A DNA stretch of 64,000 nucleotides from Macrostomum lignano (GCA_002269645.1 NIVC01000424.1:124001-188000), one strand, 5' to 3'. Positions 1 through 13,694 are shown, counted from the stretch's first letter. The notes: generated from the sequence alone by a model not told the origin. Program-made: numbers and translations.

Positions 1-1237
1 CTTTTCTCAATATATACGCAAGGGCCAGGGTCAACAGCCATGCGCGTCGGGGATTTCGGATTTCCATGCAAAGCTCCCCTTTTTCCCTTCTCGTGTATTC
101 CGTGTATGTCGGCGGGAAAGAAAATTAGAGGGCTAGCAGAAGATCGTTCGATCAATTCGTTGGGGTGCTACAGCAGGGTCGCGGTGCTCCCGGGCGGTGG
201 ATTTCTCGCAGCCTTGAGGCTTTTGACACGTCTCTCTAGTCTCTAAATCTTCTTCGGGGAAGTGACGTCTGCCGGGTGGATTTACAGCCCGCGATTTCCT
301 TTTAAATCCATCCCATCGACACTGAGGCTCTCTAAGAATTCAAAAAGGCGACAAAGACGTCACCAGCTGTATAGTGTGCCAAACAGAGATCAAGATGTCA
401 ACCTTGCAGGCTTTTCATTTCAAGCGCTGTTGCCTCTTGTGTAAACATTAACAGGCCAAAGTGGGTTGTCCTAGATAGTAGAATTTATTTTTCAAAAGAT
501 GTGCGAAAAACTAACTTTGCGAGTGTAAAAAATGGATGGACCACCCGCTGTTCATGGAGGTCAGCCGGTGTTCACGGGAACGAAGATTTTCCATGCGCAG
601 AATTCATAATTACAGTTGTCAATGATGATTGCACCGACGATTTTTAATAGTAGAAGAGAAGCATCTCCCAAGAGGGACTCCTTGCCGTCGGTTCTGTCCT
701 AGCTTCTCATAGGAGGTTGGCATTCAAATTAAAACGCTCCCGCAGTTTGAGTAACTTAATTTTCTCCGCTCCCATATTTGAGTCGCCCCGTGCAGGCAGT
801 AATAGTCGGTGCGGGTCACTTAAGACAACTCGGCAAACGAGAAAAAACTCCATTATAACCCCGCTTGGGCTTTCTAAATTCTACAACGGGCCAGCGCTCG
901 TCAGAAATTCTGCCTCCAAAGATCGAAGCTATCAGCGGGCCGCTTTCTGAAGTCCCATGCAGCAGTCTCTTTGCGCATAATAATGATTTCAATGCGCATT
1001 AATATCGCAGAGGCTTTGATCTGTGACGAATTAGCCGTCTAAAACCTAATTACCGCATATTTTGCCAGCAGCGGAAGCTGTCGCTCTCCCCCAGGATCCG
1101 TTGGGAATATGTTTTTGAGGAAATTCTCCCCCCTCCCCATCCCGAAAGGAGAGTCGGAGTGAAGCTTAAACTGTGCATAAATTCAACGAACATCATTTGA
1201 CACAGTAGAGCGTACAAATACTTAATTATATACTTAC

Positions 1238-1392
1238 CGAAAGTTTGAAAACCACTTTACTAATTGTGCGGTGTTGTTCTTGTTGAACTTCACGTCCGGG
1301 AAGTAGGCCTTCAGCACGGCCGAGCTGGGATAGCGATTGTAAAAGAACAGCAGCTTCGCTTTGCGCAGGTGGATCGGTGTCAGCGTGGTGGT
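1238..1392 (-). CDS. pros: prospero/Prox exon encoding the atypical homeodomain (gene continues beyond the left edge)
   Basis: Translates [52 protein letters not shown], the Prospero homeodomain signature. Acceptor ttgccttcag|ACC at 1393/1392; donor CG|gtaagt at 1238/1237. Confidence 0.95.
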
Positions 1393-3153
1393 CTGAAGGC
1401 AAATTGACGTATGGAACAATTGTTTAAGAGAGTTTATCGAAATTGAGAGTCAACCTTTTCTTGGAGATTTGTTTTACTTTGATGCAAAGTAATCAAAAAG
1501 ATTTGAATATTTAGCAACGGATACTTAGAATACAGAACTACAGTCAGTGGCTGTTTGGGGTCTCAGCGAGCGTTACGCAATGTTGCGTTACGAACCAGTC
1601 GCTTTATACAGCGTTATGTGCTGGTGCGAATATGCGCGCTTCGCAAGACTCAGTTGATGTGTATAGCTAAAGTTTTTAATAGTCAACACACAATTTGTTG
1701 AGCGAAACCATTCGTCAAACCATTGACGAATGCCCCGAACGCAAAAATTTTGTATATAGCTATGCATTTCAGCGCAAATTAACTAGAAAGCAGAAAAGCA
1801 AGCGCTGCATGGTTGAAAGCAAAAAAAACTGACATCACTGCTGCAGGCGTATTTCTGTCGTTTACAAAGCGGTTCAGGGCCGCATTCAACCGGATATAAA
1901 CTTGAAATCCTCTCTTCTATGTTTTACTGCGCAATCCTCAGATTGCAGGCGAAAAGAATTTCCAAAAGAGCCAATTTTGTCCTCCTCAAGCTGGCAAATT
2001 TTCACGTCTCCCCAGAAAGTTTTTTAAACGCTTCGACGAATGACGATCGCTTCAGTGCAGTTCCGCCCCGGAAACTCGACAAGGGGCGGAGGGGCGGGGG
2101 CTAAGTTACGACCCGAAGTAAACCCAGCGCCAGATGTAGGAAGAATCGCATTAAAAGAGTTTCAGATTCTCCGATCATAGCAACTCATCATCGCTTGCTA
2201 CGCAACCAGTTTTGATGACCAAGGAATGAATAAACAGTGATAAACACCGGAGGACAAGAGTGGAAGGGGTTGGTAGGCTGCAATCGCTGCATTGAAACTT
2301 ACAAGAATTATACTCGTACGTCTCTTCCGACATTCCAGAGCCGTTGTGCCTTCCTCAAATCCCTCTTACCGAAGGGCAATTTCTGCCGAAAAAAGAGCCT
2401 GCCAGACCTTAACCTACAACGATACCAAAATTTGTTTACGCACTGAGTGCTGCTTTCAACGCATCGGGTTGTGTGGCGCACAGACTACTGGCGGTATCAT
2501 GTGACTTGATAGTTGCCTATGCCTGCCCCCCCCCCCAACCTCAGCTGCACCGTAACTTACTGGGTTAGCTTATAACTGACTTTAGTCAACGCGTTCAATC
2601 AGCAGCTAACTAAACTGATCACCTGGATGTGGGTGCGTGCGGTCTTGTATAATGCAGCCAGGCAACCAAATGCTTTAGCTATGATTGCTGGGTATATTAT
2701 ACACAAACATGCAAACAAAGACGGAGCCACTGTCAAGTTGTGAGACAGCAAAAGACAAGCAAGGCAAGCAAAAAATACTGCCCCGCCAGAGACACGCAGA
2801 AAGATAGATGGCCGGCTAAGATTAAGTTCAAAGAGGCTGCTGCGAATGAGGAAGCAATCACTTCTTCCCTGATATTCGGCTACAACAGAGCAGGCCTGAG
2901 GAACTATTTATGCAAAGGTGTTTTTGTCACACTGTGCCGAACGAAAGGTGTCCGCGAACTATAAACAAACGAAAGTTTATTCTAGTTGTAGCTGTGGAAA
3001 TTTTCTGGTCACTTTTTTAGACTTTGTCAAGGATTGGTGAAGACGCACGAGCTTCGATTGCGAGAGTGCGAGATCTCACGAAGTGGTAGGCCAAGCGAAT
3101 AAATTATAAATGTTGAAATGGCGCTCTTAGAAACCGAAACAGCCACTTCCTTA

Positions 3154-3514
3154 GACATCGAAATGGCACTTCATCAGAAATCGAAATGGCACTTCATCAG
3201 ACATTGAAATGGCCTTTCATCAGACATCAAAATGGCACTTCATCAGACATCAAAATGGCACTTCATCAGACATCGAAATGGCACTTCATCAGGCATCAAA
3301 ATGGCACTTCATCAGACATTAAAATGGCACTTCATCAGACATCGAAATGGCACTTCATCAGACATTGAAATGGCACTTCATCAGACATCAAAACGGCACT
3401 TCATCAGACATCAAAACGGCACTTCATCAGACATAAAAACGGCACTTCATCAGACATCAAAACGGCACTTCATCAGACATCGAAATGGCACTTCATCAGA
3501 CATTGAAATGGCAC
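3154..3514. repeat. 23-bp minisatellite GACATCGAAATGGCACTTCATCA, ~16 copies (prospero intron)
   Basis: Direct reading of tandem units. Confidence 0.95.
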
Positions 3515-4755
3515 ACTTTCTTCAAACATCGAGTTGACACTCGGTAGAAATCGAAATGGCAATTCCGATGAAAAATGGAACACTTTGGAATCAAATAGAA
3601 GCGACGATCGTAGGCCGCACTAATCAGACAAAAATGGCATTTTTATCTCACTGAATTGAAAAAAAATCTTTCAAGATCCCAGGAGCCGTTGGGAATCGAA
3701 GACCAGTCATACTGCCCCTTCCCATGCACAAAAGAAATGCAACTATGCAAGCATTCACTCTCGCGCCATCGGGTGTACTTGAGCATTAGCCGTTCCATTA
3801 GAGATCCGACCCAAGCCCACAACCTGAATTCTTCGCCTCGGCTGCACGTCTGTTCAATGCTTAATTGCAAGCCGCTGCGACATCTTAGGAAATCCGATAA
3901 GAAGGAAATTGTGTCCGGGCGATCTGGAATCCACAAAGAGAGACCCGCGCTGTTCCCGGACACAAAAGAAGTCAGCAATAAAAAATAGCGAGAAAGGCAT
4001 CCGCGGTGAATTTAGCTTTCAGAAAAAAATTTCTTCCCAGAAAACAAGGCTTATTATAGAGGCTTGGAGCTCAGTTTTTTATCTACGGCCAATAGGAACT
4101 CCTTGGCCAAGCCATGGTGGCCAGCAAACAGAACCTGGTTTGGTTTTTGATTATTGTTTCGACTGGGGGCTTGCTATGAAGACTGTACTGACTGAAGTTG
4201 TCGCAACATGGCTTGAAAATGGGACGATGAGTTGTCAGGCTGTGGTGTCAGGCCTCCTTGGCTTTATCCATAATAGCGAGACTCACAAAAAGTGTCGTAT
4301 CCTGCTCAGGATTTCTCAACCTCTCCCCGACGCGCCCGATCCCCGAGTAAAAGGAGAAGACGATGGTGAGATCGGATTTCAACACCTCATCCCACTCCCG
4401 GACCCACCATCTGCGTTAGTTTAGCATTGCCTTCCATTTCCAGTTTCCTCCATCATTCTAATCGTCAGTTTCATGCCTTTAGATTTTGTTAGAGAAAGCA
4501 GGATGTGCCCGGCAAGTTATCAGATAGGTAGGATGCATTCAGGTCTTTTGCGTCTTGTGTATTCTGTTGAACCAATATTGTAGCTGGGTCTGTAAACTGT
4601 ATCGCAGTTTTTCTCTATTCTTCGGTATTTCACTTTGACTTCCGGTGTTTGATGGAAGCCAGCAGGTATTAGTTGATCCGCTGTGCCGTTTTCAGACTTT
4701 TCATTCTTTGACTTTTTGTATAAGAATTCTAGTTAACTTCGCAGCTTTCTCTAAT

Positions 4756-5710
4756 AGAGTAGAGTAGAGTAGAGTAGAGTAGGTCCTACAGCATGTCTCT
4801 GAGAGGTCCTATACAGCATGTCTCTGAGAGGTCCTATACAGCATGTCTCTGAGAGGTCCTATACAGCATGTCTCTGAGAGGTCCTACAGCATGTCTCTGA
4901 GAGGTCCTATACAGCATGTCTCTGAGAGGTCCTACAGCATGTCTCTGAGAGGTCCTACAGCATGTCTCTGAGAGGTCCTACAGCATGTCTCTGAGAGGTC
5001 CTACAGCATGTCTCTGAGAGGTCCTACAGCATGTCTCTGAGAGGTCCTACAGCATGTCTCTGAGAGGTCCTACAGCATGTCTCTGAGAGGTCCTACAGCA
5101 TGTCTCTGAGAGGTCCTATACAGCATGTCTCTGAGAGGTCCTACAGCATGTCTCTGAGAGGTCCTACAGCATGTCTCTGAGAGGTCTTACAGCATGTCTC
5201 TGAGAGGTCCTACAGCATGTCTCTGAGAGGTCCTACAGCATGTCTCACGGAGGTCCTATACAGCATGTCTCTGAGAGGTCCTACAGCATGTCTCTGAGAG
5301 GTCCTACAGCATGTCTCTGAGAGGTCCTACAGCATGTCTCTGAGAGGTCCTATACAGCATGTCTCTGAGAGGTCCTATACAGCATGTCTCTGAGAGGTCC
5401 TATACAGCATGTCTCTGGGAGGTCCTACAGCATGTCTCTGAGAGGTCCTACAGCATGTCTCACGGAGGTCCTACAGCATGTCTCTGAGAGGTCCTACAGC
5501 ATGTCTCACGGAGGTCCTATACAGCATGTCTCAGGGAGGTCCTATACAGCATGTCTCTGAGAGGTCCTACAGCATGTCTCTGAGAGGTCCTACAGCATGT
5601 CTCTGGGAGGTCCTACAGCATGTCTCTGAGAGGTCCTACAGCATGTCTCTGAGAGGTCCTACAGCATGTCTCTGGGAGGTCCTACAGCATGTCTCTGAGA
5701 GGTCCTACAG
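4756..5710. repeat. (AGAGT)n seed followed by a 23/25-bp minisatellite GGTCCTA(TA)CAGCATGTCTCTGAGA, ~40 copies
   Basis: Direct reading. Confidence 0.95.
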
Positions 5711-6198
5711 TACACGGCTCTCATACCGCCTAAAATTGGTCTTTCGATGGTAACCACGAACTCTTAAATCGTAAAGTCGGCCTCACAAAAGTTGTTTCAA
5801 TGGTTTTTTCAGGCCGAATTTAGCCTGACCAACGAAGCACCACCAGTCCTTGCCCTCTATTTCTTCATTCTTTGCATAAACTCACAATTGTTTAAAACAG
5901 ACATATTCTCGGGGCTGTCAATGTCAACAAGGCAAGAATCAAATCAATTCAAAGGCTTCGAACTGGAATTCAGCGCTAACCCCCCCGCACCAGACTATGC
6001 AGTGCACAAACTTCAAATTTGATCAGCCGACTTTAAAAAAATCCCAAAAGCAGAAAAAGCGAAGGTCCCTGAGCAAGGCAGGAGGGTACGAGCTGACTTA
6101 AATTTCGATTTCAGAGATTGTTGTCTCGAGAAAAAAGCCCGGACCGACTTTTGGCCAGATCGTTTTGAGTCAAAAAGACAGAAACAGGCGGGCAGAAG

Positions 6199-6200
<2 letters not shown>

Positions 6201-6239
<39 letters not shown>

Positions 6240-6366
6240 GCAGACACGAGAAACAGGCGCCCTTTGGAACAAACACAGCGCGCAAGTTCCACCAGTGTTT
6301 TTTCAGGCCTCTTTTTCCGAGAATAATTTCATCTCAAGGTAGTTTTCTGCTCGCATAGCAAAATCA

Positions 6367-6458
<92 letters not shown>
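6201..6458. repeat. (CA)n at 6201-6235 and (GA)n at 6371-6458
   Basis: Direct reading. Confidence 0.95.
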
Positions 6459-6461
<3 letters not shown>

Positions 6462-7696
6462 CTCTTGTGTGCTCAGCTTATCTTGAGTCCAAGTGAGGCG
6501 ACTACACAGGTTAGATCAAGCAATAACACACACGATTCAAAAAGTGAGAGTGGACAAAGCCGAAAGAGACCGAGGAAATCTTGCTTAGCAAGTGCCACAG
6601 AAGCTCAAGTTTATAAGCAGGTAAGGCAGCAGTTGTGTGCACAGCTTCATGCGATCTCCTATCCTAGTTGAAAGGCTAGTTAGAATAGGTTGATGGGCAC
6701 CTCAGACTGAAAAAAAAACTTTTTTTACCTGTACAACTTTTCCTCAACGAAATGGTAGGACATGCAGGTTCGCACAGGTCCGTACATTGAATTTGATTGT
6801 AAAAAGTGTGAGGAATCTTTTATACTGCACAGTCATAGTTAATTTTGTTATAATCTAAAGAAACTTGGATGAACTACAGAGGGAGTAGTGTAGAGAGAGT
6901 GATAGAGTGAGAAGGGAGAGGATAGAGAGCGAGAGTGAGAGAGTGACAAGGGAGAGGTGGAGGGATTGAGTAGGAGAAGAGAGGGAGAGAGTGAAGTGGG
7001 GTAGACAGAGGGATCCGTAAGCAGATCTATAGGGGAGGAACAAAAGCAGGTGAGACGGAAGCGGCTCAGACGGAGAGCCAGACCGAGCGACTCCAGTTCC
7101 AACGGAAAAAAGGTGAATCCGCAGACGCCACGCTTCGCAACTGCAAAGAATGGCTGAAGAAAAGCGGGGCGACCCTAAAGAAAAAAGCAGGCAAACCCGA
7201 GGGGGCGAGCCTTGCCCGATCATCCCAGAAATGGGAGAAGTGAAAAAATCTGCGGCATCAATAAACGCGGATGGAGGGAGGCAGTCAGTCTCGAAAAGCA
7301 GCAGAGCAGAAGGCTAAAAAAAGCACTGAGCTTCCCCTCTTGTCTTTGCGAACTGCTTCTGCAGCAATGAGGAAATTAAAACTGAGAGTAGGATTAATAA
7401 AAAAATTAAATCTAAAAAAGTCGTTAATCCGCCAGAAGCAAGAGTTGAAGACAAAATGCCTCTGTTGCTTCTGCAGAGATGCAGAAAGTAAAATTCTTTG
7501 TTAGGATCCTTAAATAGCAATGAGTAATGAAACTTGAGTGAATGAGCTCTCCTGCATTGAATCCCGATTGTGAAAATTGATTTTTTAAGCTTAGCTCAAC
7601 GCTTTGTTTGTTGTCGTCAAGTCAAATTGCAATTGAGAATGTTGTTTACGAAAAAGTGAATTGATGGCTTTTGACAAGATCTTTTAAAATTGAGTT

Positions 7697-9210
7697 GATT
7701 GATAGACTTGATTTTGATTATTGATAGATTTGATTTTTATGATTGATAGACTTGATTTCGATTATTTATGGACTTGATTTCTATGATTGATAGACTTGAT
7801 TTCGATTATTGATAGACTTGATTTCTACGATTGATAGACTTGATTTCTATGATTGATAGACTTGATTTCGATTATTGATAGATTTGATTTTTATGATTGA
7901 TAGACTTGATTTCTATGATTGATAGACTTGATTTCGATGATTGATAGACTTGATTTCTATGATTGATAGACTTGATTTCGATGATTGATAGACTTGATTT
8001 CTACGATTGATAGACTTGATTTCTATGATTGATAGACTTGATTTCTACGATTGATAGACTTGATTTCTATGATTGATAGACTTGATTTCGATGATTGATA
8101 GACTTGATTTCTACGATTGATAGACTTGATTTCTATGATTAATAGACTTGATTTCTACGATTGATAGATTTGATTTTTATGATTGATAGACTTGATTTCG
8201 ATGATTGATAGACTTGATTTCTATGATTGATAGACTTGATTTCGATGATTGATAGATTTGATTTCTACGATTGATAGACTTGATTTCTATGATTGATAGA
8301 CTTGATTTCTATGGTTTATAGACTTAATTTTTATGATTGATAGACTTGATTTCTTTGATTGATGGATTTGATTTCCATGATTGATAGATTTGATTTCTAT
8401 GATTGATAGACTTGATTTCTATGATTGATATACTTGATTTCTATGATTGATAAATTTGATTTCTATGATTGATAGATTTGATTTCTACGATTGATAGACT
8501 TGATTTCTATGATTGATAGATTTGATTTCTATGATTGATAGACTTGATTTCTATGATTGATAGACTTGATTTCTATGATTGATAGACTTGATTTCTATGA
8601 TTCATAGACTTGATTTCTATGATTGATAGACTTGATTTCTATGATTGATAGACTTGATTTCTATGATTGATAGACTTGATTTCTACGATTGATAGATTTG
8701 ATTTCTATGATTGATAGATTTGATTTCTACGATTGATAGACTTGATTTCTATGATTGATAGACTTGATTTCTTTGATTGATGGATTTGATTTCCATGATT
8801 GATAGATTTGATTTCTATGATTGATAGACTTGATTTCTATGATTGATAGATTTGATTTCTATGATTGATAGACTTGATTTCTATGATTGATAGACTTGAT
8901 TTCTATGATTGATAGACTTGATTTCTATGATTGATAGATTTGATTTCTATGATTGATAGACTTGATTTCGATTATTGATAGACTTGATTTCAGTGATTGA
9001 TAGACTTGATTTCTATGATTGATAGACTTGATTTCGATTATTGATAGACTTGATTTCGATTATTGATAGACTTGATTTCAGTGATTGATAGACTTGATTT
9101 CTATGATTGATAGACTTGATTTCTATGATTGATAGACTTGATTTCGATTATTGATAGACTTGATTTCAGTGATTGATATATTTGATTTCTATGATTGATA
9201 GACTTGATTT
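7697..9210. repeat. 22-bp minisatellite GATTGATAGACTTGATTTCTAT, ~69 copies
   Basis: Direct reading; ends about 13 bp from the prospero donor at 9223. Confidence 0.95.
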
Positions 9211-9223
9211 AAAAAATTCAGAC

Positions 9224-9682
9224 CTGCGAAATTCCGTCGTATGCTGACGCCGTTATCTCGTTGCCATTGGCAACGCCGCTCACGGAAGATTCGGGACTCG
9301 CCACTCTGACGACTCCGACGCTGCCGCCCCCGCCGCCTCTGGAAGCGCCGCGAGGTGAGCGGCTGACTTCGGCAGCAGCTGCCGAGGCTCGTCCGTTGAT
9401 GTTGGCGAACGGCTGCGAGTGCGGAAAGCCCGCGGCGGCGGCTGCAGCGGCGGAGGCGGCGGCGGCTGCGGCGGCGGGGTGACTCACCGCCGGGCAGAAA
9501 AAAGGCGGGAAGCCGACGACCGAGCAGGATGATGAAGAGGAGGTCGCTGAAGAAGTCGGCGGCAGTTGTGGCGGTCCCTCAACGCTCATGAGGGCAGCAG
9601 CGGCGGCGTGATGTCGACTGGCGGCGGCTGCGGCGGCAGCGGCAACAGCAGAGCGTGCTGGGGACAAACGGGTGTCCGTGAC
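9224..9682 (-). CDS. pros: prospero internal exon (VTDTRLSP...YDGISQ)
   Basis: Acceptor ccccag|GTC at 9683/9682 joins the previous exon to give KKKRTK|VTDTRLSP, matching the conserved Pros motif KKKRHKVTDTRITP. Phase-0 donor CAG|gtctga at 9224/9223 is in frame with the homeodomain exon. Confidence 0.85.
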
Positions 9683-9713
9683 CTGGGGTTGGGCAGCCGG
9701 GACAGGGGGGGCA

Positions 9714-10652
9714 GATAGATTTCTACTGTAGATTGATAGATTTCTACTGTAGATTGATAGATTTCTGCGGTAGATTGGTAGATTTCTACCGTAGATTGAT
9801 GGATTTCTGCGGTAGATTGATAGATTTCTACCGTAGATTGATGGATTTCTACTGTAGATTGATAGATTTCTGCGGTAGATTGGTAGATTTCTACCGTAGA
9901 TTGATAGATTTCTGCGGTAGATTGATAGATTTCTACCGTAGATTGATGGATTTCTACTGTAGATTGATAGATTTTTACCGTAGTTCAACCGTAGATTAAT
10001 AGATTTCTACCGTAGATTGATGGATTTCTACCGTAGATTGATAGATTTCTACCGTAGATTGATGGATTTTTACCGTAGATTGATAGATTTCTACCGTAGA
10101 TTGATGGATTTCTACCGTAGATTGATAGATTTCTACCGTAGATTGATAGATTTCTACCGTAGATTGATAGATTTCTACCGTAGATTGATGGATTTTTACC
10201 GTAGATTGATAGATTTCTACTGTAGATTAATAGATTTCTACTGTAGATTAATAGATTTCTACTGTAGATTGATAGATTTCTACTCTAGATTGATAGATTT
10301 CTACTGTAGATTAATAGATTTCTACTCTAGATTGATAGATTTCTACTGTAGATTGATAGATTTCTACTGTAGATTGATGGATATCTACTGTAGATTGATA
10401 GATTTCTACTGTAGATTGATAGATTTCTACCGTAGATTGATAGATTTCTACCGTAGATTGATAGATTTCTACCGTAGATTGATGAATTTCTACTGTAGAT
10501 TGATAGATTTCTACTGTAGATTGATGGATTTCTACTGTAGATTAATAGATTTCTACCGTAGATTGATGAATTTCTACTGTAGATTGATAGATTTCTACCG
10601 TAGTTCAACCGTAGATTGATTGATTTCCCTGGTAGATTGATAGATTTCTACT
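9714..10652. repeat. 21-bp minisatellite GTAGATTGATAGATTTCTACC/T, ~44 copies
   Basis: Direct reading; fills nearly all of the 1012-bp prospero intron 9683-10694. Confidence 0.95.
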
Positions 10653-10694
10653 ATCCGTCTACCGGCGCACTGTCGGCAATTCAGCCCCAATCAC

Positions 10695-12116
10695 CTTTGT
10701 TCTCTTCTTTTTCGGCGGTCCGATCGGCATCGCCAGCTCGTTGCCATGCGTGTGCATCTGCCGGTTGCCGCCGCCAACACCCGCATGCTGCTGCTGCTGC
10801 TGATGATGATGATGGTGATGATGCATCTGATGCAGACTGTGATGCTGCTGCTGCTGCTGCTGCTGCTGCTCCTTCTTTCGAGCCTCATGCTGATGGTGCT
10901 GAAACAGTGCGGCCGCTGCTGAATAATGCGGCGGCGGCGGGGGCGGCGGTGGCGGCGGCGGGTGAAAGGGCAGGTGCGGTGGAGGCGGCGGCAGGAAGTG
11001 TCCTGGACCTCTGGAGACCGCCGACGAGGGCAACGGCAGGGGCGGAGGCGGCATCTGCGACGTCTGCTGCGAAGTCGACTGGGGAGGCAGCGGATGCGCA
11101 GGCGGAGGCGGAGGCGGCGGCCTCCAGTGCTCGTCGAACAGAAGCCGGCGTCCGAAATCGCCGCAAAACTGATGATGCTGGGAATGCGGATGCTGGGGCA
11201 TCGGTGGCGGTTTCGGGAAGCCTTCAGGCAGCATTGGGAAGGAATAGAGACCGAACGGCGGCCGCTGCTGCTGCTGTTGTTGGAAATGCTGGTCATGAGC
11301 AGCTCGAGCGGCTGCTGCCAGCCGCATTTGAGTTTTCACGCCATCGCGAATTTTGCCAACCAGCGAGTCCACCATGCGCCCGACATCGTCGCTCATCTGC
11401 TTCTTCAAGGCGTCGGCGAGGCTGCGCAGCTGCGGCTCTGTCAGGAATGGCGGCAGAGGCAGCGGCAAAGTGGTTGGAGGCTGTGCCGTCTGGTTTGATT
11501 GGCCTTCATCTTTGTCTTTATTGTTATTGTTGTTGCCGCTGCAGCTGTCGGGTTTGCTGGTCTCAGCCTCGGCGCCAGCTGCCGATGAAGCGCTGCTATC
11601 CATGAGTCTGGCGTAGTGAGTCTGCATCGCGCTGAGCTCAGCCCGAACTCGACGGATTTCAGCACGCACCTCTATTGAATCTTCTTCCGGAAGCTGCTGC
11701 TGCTCGGCTTCGGTGCTGTCAGCCTGCGGCGTCTCAGCGTCCAAGTCGGCATCTTCGTCGGGGTCTTCTTCTTGGTCTTCGACGTCGTCTTCATCGGAGT
11801 CGGCAGTCAGCGGCTGCGGCGTGCTCTGCTTCCGTTTCCGACGTCGACGGCACAGTTCGGCGCGTGTGTCGTTGAACTCTTCTGGCTCCGCTGGTGCCGC
11901 TCCAGCTTCCTCGTCCTCCATCGCGAACTCTTCCTCGCCGACGTCATTGTCGTCAACTTCGTCGTCATCCTCGACAACTCCGTCGAATGCGGCGGCAGCG
12001 ACGTCGGCGTCGTCTGCGTCGATGACACCGCCGATGCCGACTTCGCATTCGTCGTCAATTTCGTCCAACTCGTCGAGTTCGCGGTCGTTTTGAACCGGCT
12101 TCAGGATGCTGCGCAC
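10695..12116 (-). CDS. pros: prospero large N-terminal exon, main reading frame
   Basis: Contains Prox-family motifs RRRRKRKQSTPQ, a coiled coil (EIRRVRAELSAMQ), LADALKKQMSDDVGRMVDSLV (compare Prox1 LAETLKQELNTAMSQVVDTV) and PPKKKRTK followed by donor AAG|gtgatt at 10695/10694. The ORF has no ATG at its 5' end; the first in-frame ATG is at 11921. Confidence 0.88.
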
Positions 12117-12277
12117 GTAGTAGTCGCCAGCTTCCGGTTGGCAGCAGTTCCGGTAGCAGATTCGTCGGAAGCTGGCGGCGCGGCTGCCGGAGTGACGTCA
12201 GAGGCCGTGTTGTTGACGACGGTGGTGGCGTCGGAGGATTTGCTTTCGATAGCCGGCATGGCAGCGAGAGCGCTCAT
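12101..12277 (-). CDS. 58-aa ATG-initiated ORF overlapping the prospero main frame; probable true N-terminus separated by a 1-nt frameshift, or a uORF
   Basis: accATGa start at 12277 gives MSALAAMPAIESKSSD...TTTCAAS*. It overlaps the stop-free stretch of the main frame over 12197-12101. Confidence 0.5.
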   Translation of the reverse strand: MSALAAMPAIESKSSDATTVVNNTASDVTPAAAPPASDESATGTAANRKLATTTCAAS

Positions 12278-12712
12278 GGTCTGGATGGTGACGGGTTTAA
12301 GGCTCAATTTTCAAATCTCCAACTTGAGTCATTAATCTCATATAGAAAATTCTAGTTTTGAATACAAACTTCACGAAAATTGTTGACTTCCGGTTTGCTT
12401 AAATTTCTTGAAAGATGGATAAAAAAATATTGCTACAAGTTTGTGTATCGGATCCATTGCCTGTTTTTTTAGAATAGATCTTTATCTAATATTTGAGATT
12501 CGAATTCACTTCCGGGCTATGGATTTTGCTGCTGGTGGCTTCCTGCGAATCAGTTTATCTATCAATGCTGCTTCTTATCAATCGGCCATTTGGTTGGTTA
12601 GTCAGGTTGTGCAGACCGGTCTGTTGCTCCCGCAGAGGACAAGGACGCCCAGAACGAGAGACTGGGTAGACTGGGTCGGTGAACAGTCTAGCGCATGGTC
12701 GCGGGCCAGAGG

Positions 12713-13135
<423 letters not shown>

Positions 13136-13694
13136 AAAGAAGACACACAAACCTTGAGCGGGCGGCATGCATAGCCGAGTTAGTGAACAGTTTAACAAAG
13201 GCCAAAAGAATCCATATAAATGGCGATTTGAATTGAATTTTGAAACTGCTCAGTTCAGTTACAGCTTACACCAATAGTCTCAACAATTTGCATTTAAGAA
13301 AGAGCCGCGCTCACATCATCAACACTGTGAGGCATCTTCGAGAGTCTATAAATGGCCCAGAAAGACAAGACAAGCCACTGGTTGCTCAAACAAGACTCAG
13401 CATAAAAACGGGGGTCCTTTCCACCTTCTAGGTCAGCTTATTCAACTCTTAACATCTATTCTGCATTCAATATTCTCGCATAAAAGTGAGCCAAAAAAGA
13501 TCGAAAAAAACACTAATTAGCATATGGATAGTCTGAGAAGTCGGGGAGCTGGCAAGAGAAAGTCCCCTAGTGTCACGTGACCCAGTTTTGTGGACACCAT
13601 TTTTTGCCGTTTTTCAATAATCCCATCCGAAGGAAGGCGTCCTGAAGAAGGTTATCTTATAATTTCGAGGAGTCATGCCGATGATTCTGTACAT

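Noticed and set aside
1-1237. Expected next prospero exon (EFYYIQMEK..., Prospero domain)
   Set aside because: No such coding sequence found in 1-1237; it is presumed to lie outside the window.
3909-4700. 171-aa ORF and nearby possible TE-derived sequence in the prospero intron
   Set aside because: Non-ATG start and no recognisable motifs.
9714-10652. Repeat containing TTTCTAC-T-GTAGAT, resembling a Cas12a direct repeat
   Set aside because: Units are head-to-tail with no unique spacers, there are no cas genes, and it lies inside a eukaryotic intron.
10616-12335. Plus-strand ORFs antisense to prospero exon 1 (and shadow ORFs over FoxL1 and the LINE)
   Set aside because: Expected shadows of GC-rich, codon-biased coding sequence.
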